A DNA stretch of 64,000 nt from contig OZ024747.1 of NCBI GenBank assembly GCA_964016885.1, positions 69,750,001 to 69,814,000 on the forward strand. The letters run 5' to 3'. The stretch is from Eledone cirrhosa. Taxonomy: Eukaryota. The first letter of the stretch is position 1. Each line of letters opens with the position of its first letter. Below the pieces are notes generated by a model. That model was not told where the DNA came from. It worked only from the letters and a program-made list of their open reading frames with translations, and made no database searches. Position numbers and translations under genes: made by a program. This document shows positions 41,397 through 54,534 of this stretch, piece after piece.

Positions 41397-41594
41397 GTGG
41401 AGGTGCCACGGCAAAAAAGCACCCAGCCCACACTGTAAATGAGGTTGGTGTTAGGAAGGGCATCCAGCTGTAGAAATCAAGCCACAATCAGTTCCCGTAT
41501 GAGCAAGACAAGGTCAGCCGACCGGACACTGCCCACAAGACAACCTGTCTAACCCATGCTAGTGTGGAAGAACGGACGTAAAACGGTGATGATG
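41397..41594 (+). mobile_element. SINE A/RTE tail fragment
   Basis: Matches 10639-10843. Confidence 0.88.
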
Positions 41595-41621
41595 TGTATT
41601 TATTGTATAGATTATTGAAAA

Positions 41622-41813
41622 TAATTGTTTCTACTTTTGGCACAAGGCCAGAAATTACACCAGTGCATTACTGGTACTTTATTTTATCTATCCTGCAAGG
41701 ATGAAAGGCAAAGTTAACCTTGGCAGGATTTGAACTCAGAATGTAAAGTGCCATAATTCTATGCTAAAAAGCATGGTGTCCAATGCTTTACCGATTCTGC
41801 CAAATCCACCGCC
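41622..41813 (-). mobile_element. SINE family B
   Basis: Reverse complement of the family B sequence. Confidence 0.85.
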
Positions 41814-44379
41814 TAGATTATTGAAAATAATATGAATTAAACATTGTTTTTAATTCTATGCTTTTATTTTCTTTTGCAATATATGAATATTGTGTTCACT
41901 ATATAAAGTTTTACTAACTTTGCAAAAGTCGATCTACTTGTAGGACATTAAATAGTTTCAAGTTTTTAAAGACATGCATTTCATAGCTTACAAGTTTTTT
42001 TTGCTTGTGTGTATTATTTTATTATGTAAAAAGCAATAGAAATCACTGCTTGTCATGAAACTGTTTTATGGTCCTGGCAAACAAAATGATGAATGTGTTT
42101 ACTCCATAGGATTGCAAGAGAGAAGCACTGAAAATGCCAGTTTATCATAAGAAGATCATTGGTGTGGACGGCCATCTCCATCTAGATCAAAGTGGGACTG
42201 ACACTGATTTCACCAAGTCACTACTAGAGATGGTATCATTGTAGCCTGCATACTAGATTAAAACTTTTGCATCAGAACTTGCAAAATCAGTGCCCCACTA
42301 TAGATGCAGCTCAAAAAGACTGAAACCAGTAAAAGTATATTTTTCAATATATCATTTGCAAGTAGATTTTAAATAATTCATCCTTTGAGAGAAACTAAAG
42401 TCTGAAGTATTTTGAAAAAGCTATTACATCATCTGTTTTACCCTATTTTATTTTTTGAATTTTCATTTAATGTAAGTTCTTTGTGTGCTCCTGGAGAGGC
42501 TGTAATTGATAGAGAACATTGGTTCTTCTATTCTGATAACATGTGCACATGCACACATCTTTTGCAACCAGTGTATAAAAGATATTAATTGTGCAGTCAA
42601 AATGTTACACACACACACACACACATAAAAGATGCTGTGCTGAATAGGATCCATCCAACCCTTGCAAGCAGGGAAAAGCGGACGTAAAATGATGATGATG
42701 ATGATGATGATTATATATATATATATATATATGTAACAGGCTTTTACACAGTTTCTATCGCTACCGAATTTAACTCAGAAGTCTTTGGTCAATTTTAGGC
42801 TATGGTAAAAACAACATTGTCAAATGCACCACACAGCTAGATCAAGCTCAAACCCATGTGACTATGATGCCAACTTCATTTAGTTTTCTCAAGTATGTTG
42901 ACCATATCTAGCCATCATTAATCTAGGATTGAACTTCTGAATTAAATGTACATGTACATTCCTTTTGTCAAAGAAGTGTCCGAACTTTAGAATCCAGTCA
43001 TTTAATAAAAGTAACTTGGAATGTTATTTTCAACACTAGAGTATTGAATACAATGTAACATTTGAGAGAATACTCTGTAAAGGATCCACTGAAACAGGTG
43101 AAGAAGAAATTATCTTGTTTCTAAAAAGAAGAATTAAATGGATTTTGTAAGAGGTTAGTTTGTGAAAAGTGCTGAGAAACTAATGTTTATTGATTGTCTT
43201 GTTGAAACTGAGGTCAAATGAAATGCTTTTAGCCCAGTGTTTCTTTTAAGAAATCCATTGATAAATGCTGTGAAAGGCAAAGTTACTAGCAGAAGAACAG
43301 AAACCCCACATATTTGGTCAGTGATTCAGTAATGATTTTGTTTCCAGATTTTCTGAGGCATACCTATTGATTACTGCAGTGTTTTCAATTGTGTTCAATC
43401 TATATAAGACCTATAAATATTAGGGTACTTTTTGAATGGATAAAATATTAAAGATAAAATTGTCACTAAACAGATCTATAATATGATTTTCGTTCCAAAA
43501 CATTTCTATATAACTCAAGAATCTACAGAATATAGGTGACTCAATTGATAAAGTAACTCCAAAGTATTGGTTTAATCACATTATACTAGAAGGTATCAGA
43601 ACCATCAAGAATGTTAATACTTAAATCACACAGAAGCAGTCAAAAGAAAATTAAACAAGCCTATAAGAGAGTGAGCCAGCAGAGGAGCAACTACAGCCTT
43701 CTAGACATGGCAACCAAATCTACCTCAAATTGCACTGAATTATATTTAATAAATAAGGATGCATTAGATCATGTAGCTATAGTTATCCCTGGAAAGGGTT
43801 GACAGTCATGGTTGGAACAGCTGGGTTGACCCAGGATTAAATAACAATAACTGGGAGGACTCTTCAGTTATGACAACGATATGGCGGCATGTCTAGTGTT
43901 GGTGATCTACATGATAAACCCAACCATTACATACTGTAAAGTGGTTGGTGATAGAAAGGGCATCCAACCATAAAAAGCTGCCAAACAAATGGTTGGGGGG
44001 ACTCTTCAGTTGTATCAAAAACATGACAACCTCCCCTGTGCACTCAATAGAACATAAATCCATACATAAGAGAGATACAGACTCCTCCCCTCCTGGCCTA
44101 TCTGGGAAGTCAGTAACCCCACTGCAGTACTGGTATGGTCTAGGTAGACCCATCCAACACTTTCTAGTAAGGAAAGCAGACGTTAAAAGTCAATGATTAT
44201 GATAATATATGAGTTTATTAATTTCTTTGTAATTATAGTCTCAATCAAGTCTTTTTTATTCTGGGTGACCAGGAGAAATTTGATTATAGGAAAATAATTT
44301 AGAAAGATTGGCCAGCTAAGAACAGATGTTATCTTCTCAAATTGATGAACTGAGAACTAGATCATTCTTTACTCTCTCA

Positions 44380-45800
44380 TGCTTTTGCTTCTTTCAACCA
44401 CTTGAACAAAGCCATTTCTCTGAGGGAATCTGGGACCTGTTTTCCTTTCTAAATACCAGGACTTTTGTTTTTGACACGTTAACTTACCGTAGTCAATTTT
44501 ATTTTTAACCTTGCTGACTGGTCCTCTATACAAGGCTTGTACAGCCTTCAAAAGCCACTCATCTACTCCTAGTTTTCTAAGAGCTCACTAGATAATGGAA
44601 CGGGGGATTCTGTTAAAGGCTTTCTCCAGGTCAACAAAAGCTAAGTAGAGATGTTTACTTTAAGCTAGCTATTTCTCTTGAGTTGCCTCACAAGGAAGAG
44701 ATCATCCATAGTAATTTTACCACGCACAAATCCAAACACCATTTCATCTAGGTTAACTCAGTCCCTAAACAGTTGTAGCAATTAACAATGATGCTGCTTG
44801 CCAGTCATTGTGTATTAATTGGTTGATAATACGGGAGGCCATGGCATGACCACCATCTCAGATGCTGAAAGCATCTTAGCAACTATCCCCGAAGGTCCAG
44901 CTGCTTTGCAATCCTGAACATACATGCTTTTGGCCCTCATATTGCAGACATGCTTGTTTTTATTTTCTGCTTCCCTTCTTGCAAAGTACACTTATCACTT
45001 AGCTTCTCTCCTAACCACCTGGTAATGTTCTCTACTTCCCTCAGCCCACCATTTTTTCCATACCTGTCTTTCTTTTGCCCCCTTAATTATCTCCTCCACC
45101 CCTACTGTTCCCCCACCAAATCCCTCTCCTTCACCATAAAGATCTGCTTCAACTGCAGATATCCTTTGTCCCATTCATTAGGTTATCGTTCAGGAATTCC
45201 CACTGCTCCTCTGTTTTATTTCTCTATTTCCTCTTCATTATTGTCAAAAGCATCAAGCAACATACTTTTAAATTTGTTACCAGCTGTGGAGTCCTTCTTC
45301 TCCTCCAGGTTGTCCTCTGATCTAACTATAAGATCGCTAACTACAAGGTTATGTTGGGATGTGCATTCTTCACCATGGAGGGACTTTGCATTTACAACCA
45401 TCACTGTGTCGTGTCTTCTGGTAAAGATTAGATCTATCTGGCTGGTATGCTCACCTGGTCTTTAGGTGATCAAGAGATTGTTTGCTTTTTTGGAGTTTGT
45501 GTTACAGGTAAAAAATATCATTGGCATCACAGAATTCCATGAGCCTGAAACCTTCCTCATTTCTAGCACTAAACCCATAACCCTTCGTAGCCATCACAGT
45601 GTGCAACATGCCCATTAAAGTCACCGGCAATGATTATGAAGTCACCGTATCTTATTTGGAAAGAAGTGTTCATTAGGGACTCATTGAACCTGTCTTTTAG
45701 TAAGTTCAGTGGACCAGATTGGGGTGCATAAGCAGATATAATTGACATGGTTTTTCTATGTAGCACTAGCCTAATTTTAATGATTTTGTTGTTGATATAT
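44380..45800 (-). pseudogene. Heavily decayed RTE LINE (APE plus RT remnants)
   Basis: IISAYAPQSG...IAGDFNGHV, QIDLIFTRR...[18 protein letters not shown], with many indels. Confidence 0.9.
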
Positions 45801-45821
45801 GATATATATATATATATATAT

Positions 45822-45953
45822 AACGAAGGAAATGTGGTAAGGAACCAGGTGGACCATAACGCACCAAAGTACTCAATACTTAGGGTAGTAGAGTGGGTAA
45901 TAGGAACCAGTAAGACCCCGACGGCTGAGCTCAAGCCGTTTCGACAGCTAATT
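45822..45953 (-). mobile_element. Family E short element
   Basis: Matches 28293-28425; minus strand reads GAAA-CGGCT..AGCCG-TC. Confidence 0.8.
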
Positions 45954-46359
45954 CATATATATATATCATATATCAACAACAAAATCATTAAAATTAGGCT
46001 AGTGCTACATAGAAAAACCATGTCAATTATATCTGCTTATGCACCCCAATCTGGTCCACTGAACTTACTAAAAGACAGGTTCAATGAGTCCCTAATGAAA
46101 ACTTATATATATATATATTTATATATATATATATATATATTTATTTCGTTTCTGAATTTGTTTAGCAAGATTCTTTATCTGAAAACGTGTGTTGAAACCG
46201 ATATTGTTATGCTTTGGGAGGGTCATGTTGCCAATAAGAAACACACACACCAGTTGCTTTCACTCCAATTTATTATAAATTAAATTTATAAATTTAAGAA
46301 TTTATAAATTTATAAATTTCCGGTTGGTTGGTTCCATAACCGGACGGTTGTTCATATAT

Positions 46360-46403
46360 TTTCAAAGTTCTTTCGTCACACATTCTGTGACCTCTTCAGT
46401 GAC
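46360..46403 (-). ncRNA. Minimal type I hammerhead ribozyme in the PLE 3' region
   Basis: Minus strand: TCA-CTGAAGA-gGTCACA gaatg TGTGAC-GAAA-GAAC-TT-TGA; about 200 nt downstream of the GIY-YIG stop. Stem I is short and may be decayed. Confidence 0.72.
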
Positions 46404-46600
46404 TGAGGATTCTTTTCTTTCTTTTTGTGCCTCTCCTTTGTTCTGTCCTATGCCATCTTGTTTTTGTGTGTGTTGTGTGCTTAGTTTGCGCATGTGTTAC
46501 ATCCGGGTGTCTGTGTGTGTTTATATTTGTTTATTTATTTGTTTATTTACATGTTACTGGTTGGTTGTTTGTTCTATGTGTGTGTGTTTTCATTTTGTCC

Positions 46601-47110
46601 TTAATTGTAAGTTGTGATGTTGCTATTCCATTCATATTTTCTATTTAATTTTGGTTTGAGTTCATTTATGTTTATTGCCTCTTTGATTTGTCTAAACATT
46701 GCGTATTTTCTGTGTGTAGATTCTATTTTTATTTCTATGTTTTCTAATTTACCCTTATGTTCTATTTTAGCATGTTGGTGGAGTACAGATGATTCTTTTC
46801 TATCTTGAAGCTCTCACCAGTGTTCATTTATCCGTTCTCCTATACTAGGAGCTGTCTCACCTATGTACACTATATTCTTATCTCTACATTGTCCTTCAGT
46901 ACATCTTATGCAATATATTACATTTCTAGTTTTACAGTTAATATGGGGGCTTAATTTACAGATTATACATTTCTTATCTATACAGGAAGGTCTTCGAAAA
47001 GGGTATGTATTGCTAATAAGTGTATTTATGGAGGTACCTGCTCGTTCTACTATCTTAATATTGAGTTTATGTTTATCTAGGACCCTTCTAAATTTGTAAG
47101 CTAATTCACC
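46601..47110 (-). pseudogene. PLE GIY-YIG endonuclease with Cys-rich linker (170 codons, one in-frame TGA at 46814-46816)
   Basis: Manual translation: GELAYKFRRVLDKHKLNIKIVERAGTSINTLISNTYPFRRPSCIDKKCIICKLSPHINCKTRNVIYCIRCTEGQCRDKNIVYIGETAPSIGERINEHW*ELQDRKESSVLHQHAKIEH...MFRQIKEAININELKPKLNRKYEW. Confidence 0.92.
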
Positions 47111-47128
47111 CCATATATATATATATAT

Positions 47129-47305
47129 AGGAACGAGACAGCTGAGCTCAAGCCATTTCGACGGCTAATTCTGGACTAAACGTCGAAACGGCTTGAGCTC
47201 AGCCATCGGGGTCCTACTCGTTCCTATTACCCACTCTACTACCCTAAGTATTGAGTACTTTGGTGCGTTATGGTCCACCTGGTTCCTTACCACATTTCCT
47301 CCGTT
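47129..47305 (+). mobile_element. Family E short element with inverted 5' segment
   Basis: 47181-47305 is the reverse complement of 45822-45945; 47129-47180 is an opposite-strand piece of the same element. Confidence 0.8.
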
Positions 47306-47788
47306 ATATATATATCATAATGTATTTTTTTATTTTCATCATACCACTTATTTATACAAAACAAAATTGCTACTAAACTTTTCTATATATTTCTCTAACT
47401 TCATATTTTCACTTACTTTGTCAATATCATAACTTACACAATAACTTTATACACTTCCTGAATCTAACATACATATATCCAAGAGCTTTTCATTTATACT
47501 ATGAGAAATTTTTTTGATACAAATCCAATTTGAATGTTATCTATACAAATATATTACTTAAATTGTATATATATGTATATATATGAGCTATATAATATAA
47601 TATGTATATATATATATAATCTATATATATAATATATATATATATATATAATCTCACCCTTGAAGGCAAGGAAAAGCGGACATAAAATGATGATGAATCT
47701 ATATACATATGCCATATAAATATAAATAGAGATATATATACATATGTGTATATCTATATATATATATATATATATATATAATCTCTCT

Positions 47789-47822
<34 letters not shown>

Positions 47823-47905
47823 ATCTCTATATATATATATAATCTATGTATATATATATAAATAATCTCTCTCTATATATATATTGATATATATATATAT
47901 ATATA

Positions 47906-48007
47906 TGTGAAATAAAGTGTCTTGCTCAAGGAAACAACACATCACCCGGTCTGAGAATTGAACTCACAACCTTTCGATTGCAATGCTCTAATCACTAAGC
48001 CATGTGC

Positions 48008-48010
<3 letters not shown>
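47906..48010 (-). mobile_element. SINE family A head fragment in (TA)n
   Basis: Reverse complement of the tRNA-like head plus CORE-like start. Confidence 0.87.
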
Positions 48011-48918
<908 letters not shown>

Positions 48919-50911
48919 TTTGCAAGTAATTATATTTCAACATCTCAGTGTGCGTATTGGCTGGTAAAGAAAAATAAGGTTCCAGTGAGAAATATAAAAG
49001 GAAGCGTCCAAAGTTTGATGAATGATTTTGTAAGATAAATCAGTTTCCTTCAGTAGATTCATGTGTTAAGTGAGTTTCTTGCTAAAGCCCATGGCTGTTA
49101 ATTGTTCGAACTAACCAGTAGCTAAATCATTATTTCATTGACCAAACACTGTTAAATCTAATATCAGTAAGCAGAGAAGAAAAACAACCAAAACTCACTA
49201 ATTGTTTCTTTTAGATGTATACTTAAGCTGTTCCTTTCCTTTGGCATTTTCATTCAAGATTTTGTACTGAGATATATTTGCATTCATTTTTTCTTTCAGC
49301 ATTGGTGAGACATTCCTAGGTTTCTTTACACGACATATAACACTGTCTTTACTTAATGTACTGTCTTGTTTTATACTTTTATATCATCTCCATAAATAAC
49401 AGCTGAAGTTGAAATACCCTTTTATAAGAGCAAAACTAATTATATTCTTAATGACAACACTATCTATTAGGGTTTCTTTTGGAAAGGCCAGCTTTCCATT
49501 GAAATTATGCACAGGTATTTGTAAAGTGTCTTGTGCATAAGTAAGTTGAAAAGAATTCTTTCTTTTAATGTAAACTTCTTGCCAATAAAGACCTTGAAGG
49601 ATGCCACCATCATAAATTAGAGAAATAAATACTTTAAAATGAGATCATAGAAAATACAGCTTTGCTTCCACTGGGTTTTGTCCTCTTCAAGTAATTAAAA
49701 TAAAAACAGTTGTAAAATGCGTTATTGCTATTATCTTGAATATTTGGACATTTAAACATTGTACACATACATATACACTCACAAATAGCGCAATTATATA
49801 CATACATTTACTTTTCAAAAGTGAGTAAACAAGTTACTAATCTAATGCTAAGATAATGAAATTACTACTAGATACACAAAAGGGTTAAATAATGGCAAAG
49901 GATCTTGATTTGACTGCCAGATATAATAACATATAAAATGAGATTTGGATATTTCGATGGTAAAACGTCTCATTTTATTTTTACCAGATAATAATCTATA
50001 TCATACATTATATTCTCCAGAATATGAGAGAAGAACATAAAGTATCCATGTAAAATAAAGTAATATGAATTTATTACCCTATTCGCTTCATTTTTATATT
50101 CACTTATACAGTATGTTTTGGGAGGATAAAATCTCTGATATTTTGCACTGGTCAAAAAGCCCAATGTTGTTGTTTATGTAATGTCCTTTTATGTACCATA
50201 ACTTAATGGTTTAACATATAGGTCAATGAAATACATGCAATACTGAAATATATACTGAAGTCAATATGACTAATTAAAACACTTGATGACTGAGCCCTGG
50301 TAAAAGAATAAATATTTTAAAGTATGCTTAAACAGTGGTAGAAATCATAAACATTGGTACTCAATGTATACATGCAAATATTTTGGCATCTGAAGATGAT
50401 CGGAAAATACATAAAGAAATTAATAACAGAGAGTGAAACACAAAGGATAGCTTTCTTTAGTTTGTCTTAGTCATTACAGCTAAGGCCATACTGGAGTACC
50501 ATCTTCATAAGGTTTGATAATTTGACTTCTAACAAAGGATGAAAGGGTGTAGCATATTAGCCTAGCTTGGATTACTTGACCGATATTCCTTTTATTGAAT
50601 CAGGAAGGATGAAAATCAAACTTGACTTCAGCAGGACTTGAACTCAAAATGTAAAGGCGCAGAATAAAACACTGCTTTCAATGTCTCTTGGGTTCCTTTA
50701 GAAGAGTTCATTCTATTGAAGACATTTACATCAATGTTTCTGAATTATAAATAGTTTAATATACTGATGTGCTGCCTCATAGTACAGCAACCCATGAAGT
50801 GTGGTTAATTCTTCCATTTTTCCCGCCGACACCGATTTAGAGGCCCAGCAAAGGCTATGGAAGACATTTTTTGTCATTTCATATCAGATAATATTATTAA
50901 GAAATAATAAG

Positions 50912-51103
50912 GAGGTGGATTGGCAGTATCGATAGAGGGTCGGACGCCATGCTTTGACGCATAGAGTTACGGCCCTTGCCATTCTGAGTTCAAATCCCGC
51001 CGAGGTTAACTTTGCCTTTCATCCTTACGGAGTCGATAAAATAAAGTACCAGTAATGCACTGGATAATTGTTGGCCTTGTGCCAAAAGTAGAAACAATTA
51101 TTA
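50912..51103 (+). mobile_element. SINE family B, followed by an inverted partial copy at 51110-51207
   Basis: GAGTTCAAATCCCGCCGAGG...TTTCATCCTTACGGAGTCGATAAAATAAAGTACC. Confidence 0.88.
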
Positions 51104-51666
51104 AGAAATAATGGTTTCTACTTTAGGTACAATTTTTAGTGGGAGGGGAAAGTCAATTAAATGGATCACAGTGTGTGACTGGTTCTTTATTTTATCGACC
51201 CTATAAGGAAAGGTTATGGATTTTGTCCTTCCTCCTCCCACGGTAGCATAAAAATATATTCAATGCTTTGCCATTTCTGTTATTCCAATGATGGATCTGT
51301 CCAAAGATGGATCTGTTTTGATGTGGATAATGAGTGTTCAGTTATTTTATCTCCTGAACTAACAACCTATTGAATTAACTTGTAAGTGAGTATTTCACAA
51401 ATACATGTACTTGTCATGTAGTACTTAGGATCAGCATGACTATGTAACAATGCTGGCATTTTGAATTACAATTACATGCACAATCCTTCCTATGAATTCC
51501 CATATGGTTTCCACCTGCCCAATTTCACTCACAAGGGTTGGGTTGACCCAAATCTTTCACAAACATCTTTTGTCCAGTGTGCTATGCAATATGATTGTGA
51601 AGGAAACTTTTAGTTATTTATTCATACATTACTGATACTTTATGTAAACATCATCAGCAGCAGCAG

Positions 51667-51870
51667 CATCATTTTACATCATTTTTTCCACACTAACATG
51701 GGTTAGATGGGTTGTCCTATTGTGGGCAATGCTAGGTCAGATGACCATGTTTTGCACATACAGAACTGATTTGGGCTAGGTTTCTACAGCTGGATGCCCT
51801 TCTTAACACCAACCTCATTTACAGTGAGTACTGGGTGTTTTTTTGTTGTGTGACCAGCACGACCACTTTA
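51667..51870 (-). mobile_element. SINE A/RTE tail fragment
   Basis: Reverse complement of the tail, including CTACAGCTGGATGCCCTTC. Confidence 0.82.
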
Positions 51871-52499
51871 TATCAAAATATAGGCATATACTACAATTGT
51901 GATATACAATTTTTCAAATACTATCACCATATTTATATTTACTGGTACAATACACATATAAAACAGACAAACAAACAAACAAAATAAACTTTTAACAACA
52001 CAGTATAATTTGGTATATTTCTCCACATGAAAAATAAATATACAAATATGCTATATTGTAAGGAGAACAAAAGTAATTTTCATGTATATGGTTAATGCTT
52101 GCAACAGTTACAAACCAAATAACTGGAGAACCCATATATTATATGCTGTTATATATTATATATTACATGGTCTTCATTAATTTCTTCCATCAGATTATCA
52201 ACTCTGATGCCACACTCACTTGTTTAGACTATCTCTTAGATATAATAATTCAATGAAAATATTGGATTGAAATTATAGTTTACAATATTATCTTGTTACA
52301 GGTATGTTATTAAATGTTGCACAAAGAATATCAATAACAAAATGTTTGTAGTGGAAAATATTTAGGAATATATCTATGACAGACCACTAGAAATAAACTT
52401 GGATTATATGCATCTATTATACGTGCATAAACATAAAACACACATATGCTCTCACACTCATGGGCAAATGTGGCAAAATATGTTGTATATATGTGTGTG

Positions 52500-52564
<65 letters not shown>

Positions 52565-52790
52565 TAGTATATATATATATATACTAGCATCATACCCATA
52601 AAAAGTGATGGGCTATATTGTAAAAGATTATTTGATTTGATAATTCTTTAATTACTATATTTTATATAAAAATGCTTGAAGCCTCAGGTTTTCTTGGACC
52701 TTCTCCCTTTTGTCACTAACACTATTGTATTATGAATATCATTTTATATTCATTTAAATCAATTACAATAATTTTCTTCATTTGTTACTA

Positions 52791-52980
52791 ATAATTGTTT
52801 CTACTTTTGGCACAAGGCCAGCAAATATCCCCAGCGTATTACTGGTACTTTATTTTATCGACCCCTTAAGGATGAAAGGCAAAGTTAACCTCAGCAGGAT
52901 TTGAACTCAGACCGTAAAGAGCCGTAACTCTATGCTGCAAAGTATGGCGTCCAACCCTCTACCGATACTGCCAATTCACC
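52791..52980 (-). mobile_element. SINE family B
   Basis: Reverse complement of the family B sequence. Confidence 0.88.
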
Positions 52981-53058
52981 TACTAATAATATTCTCTAAT
53001 CTAGATTGTATCAGAAGACATTTTTTGTCATATCATATTAGACAATACTAATAAGAAA

Positions 53059-53277
53059 TAATAGTTTCTGATTTAGGCACAATTTTGTGGTGGAGTGGAA
53101 AGTCGATTAAATTGTCCCCAGTAAATGACTGGTACTTTATTTTATCAACCACATAAGACATAAGGATGAAAGGTAAAGACAACCTCAGCAAATTTTAAAC
53201 TCAGACTGTAAAGGACCATAACTCTATGCTACAAAGCCTGTTGTCCGATGCTCCACTGATACTGCTAAACCACTGCT
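53059..53277 (-). mobile_element. SINE family B (older)
   Basis: Diverged reverse complement of the family B sequence. Confidence 0.8.
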
Positions 53278-54206
53278 CTATTAAGAAATAACAAAAGTGA
53301 ACACAACAGTTTTTCCGTTCTCTTAAATAGCAAAAGTTAATCTTCCATTCAGAAATTTAAAAACGAATAAATAAATCACAACCCAGCACAGCTTCAAATC
53401 TACAATATCCCCAAACCTAGAGTTTCTAACTTCAACCATATACAACTAACATGAAATAATGCAAAAATTATTTGCATTATTGTATTAGTTCATTCCCAAT
53501 AGTTTATGTTAAAAACCAATATGAATTATATTAGATGTTATTACTGGATTAGTTCTTTGTTCCAACAAACATTATTGGAGTCATGATATGAGTCTTCGGG
53601 AGAATGAGAAATTTGATATTTAGTATCAGCCAGTATTAGCAATATCTTCACAAAACAACAACACCACCCTAATAAAGTTGTTGGGACTGCTGGTAACAGC
53701 AGCTGGATGTCTTTCAAATCATATCCTTGCACCTTTAAAAATGATGCATCAGATATGGTTAAAGGTTTATCATGTATGTGAAAGAAAAAGAGTATAATTT
53801 CTTTAATTTTACATTACTATTTACATTATCTACTTTATACTATTGTAGTTTTGTGGTAAAAACTTATGTAAAATCTTACATAATATCAAATCTACGAGAT
53901 TTTGATGTTATTTATTTGGAGGACAATACTTTAACGTCATTATGAGCAACAAGTTATGGCCAGTTTGAATAGAAAGAGGTGAGAGAATTCTCGGTGGACA
54001 TGGCCAGTTTAAATGCTAAAGAGGTAATCATAGTTCTGTTTCAGAAATGATCACTTGAAGTTAAAGTACATCAACTATAATAATTCAAAGATGAGCAATG
54101 TTTGGAATCATTAATGTAATGAAATATTAAAGATGTGAAAGTTTTACAGTATTTTTCAGAAAATTCACTACTATGTCTAATTATCAATATAACAACACAG
54201 GTACTA

Positions 54207-54407
54207 ATAATGGTTTCTGATTTACACACAAGGCCAACAACTTGGAGGGAGAGGAAAGTCGACTAAATCAACCCCAGAGCTAAACTGCTGCTTTATATTA
54301 TCGGCAAATTTAACCTCAGTGGGATTTGAACTCAGAATGTAAAGGGCCATAGCTGTATGCCACAAAGAATGTTGTCTGATGTTCTACTGATACTGCCAGT
54401 CCACCAC
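54207..54407 (-). mobile_element. SINE family B (older)
   Basis: GGGATTTGAACTCAG and matching ends. Confidence 0.8.
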
Positions 54408-54487
54408 ACTAATAATAATAAAAAAAAACAAGTTTACTTTAATACACAAATAAGTTATCTATCTCCACCCTTCTCTCTCTTGCTTTT

Positions 54488-54534
<47 letters not shown>

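Larger units (their letters stand above)
46142..47112 (-). mobile_element. Penelope-like retroelement 3' fragment (GIY-YIG endonuclease plus 3' pLTR region with HHR)
   Basis: See the pseudogene and HHR entries; bounded by (TA)n on both sides. Confidence 0.88.

Noticed and set aside
45747-46283. 178-aa ORF (and 45569-45934) as a chimeric gene
   Set aside because: Accidental read-through across TA, a family E element and an inverted RTE duplicate.
53541-53732. 63-aa minus-strand ORF with an AG acceptor
   Set aside because: No recognisable domain and no linked exons.
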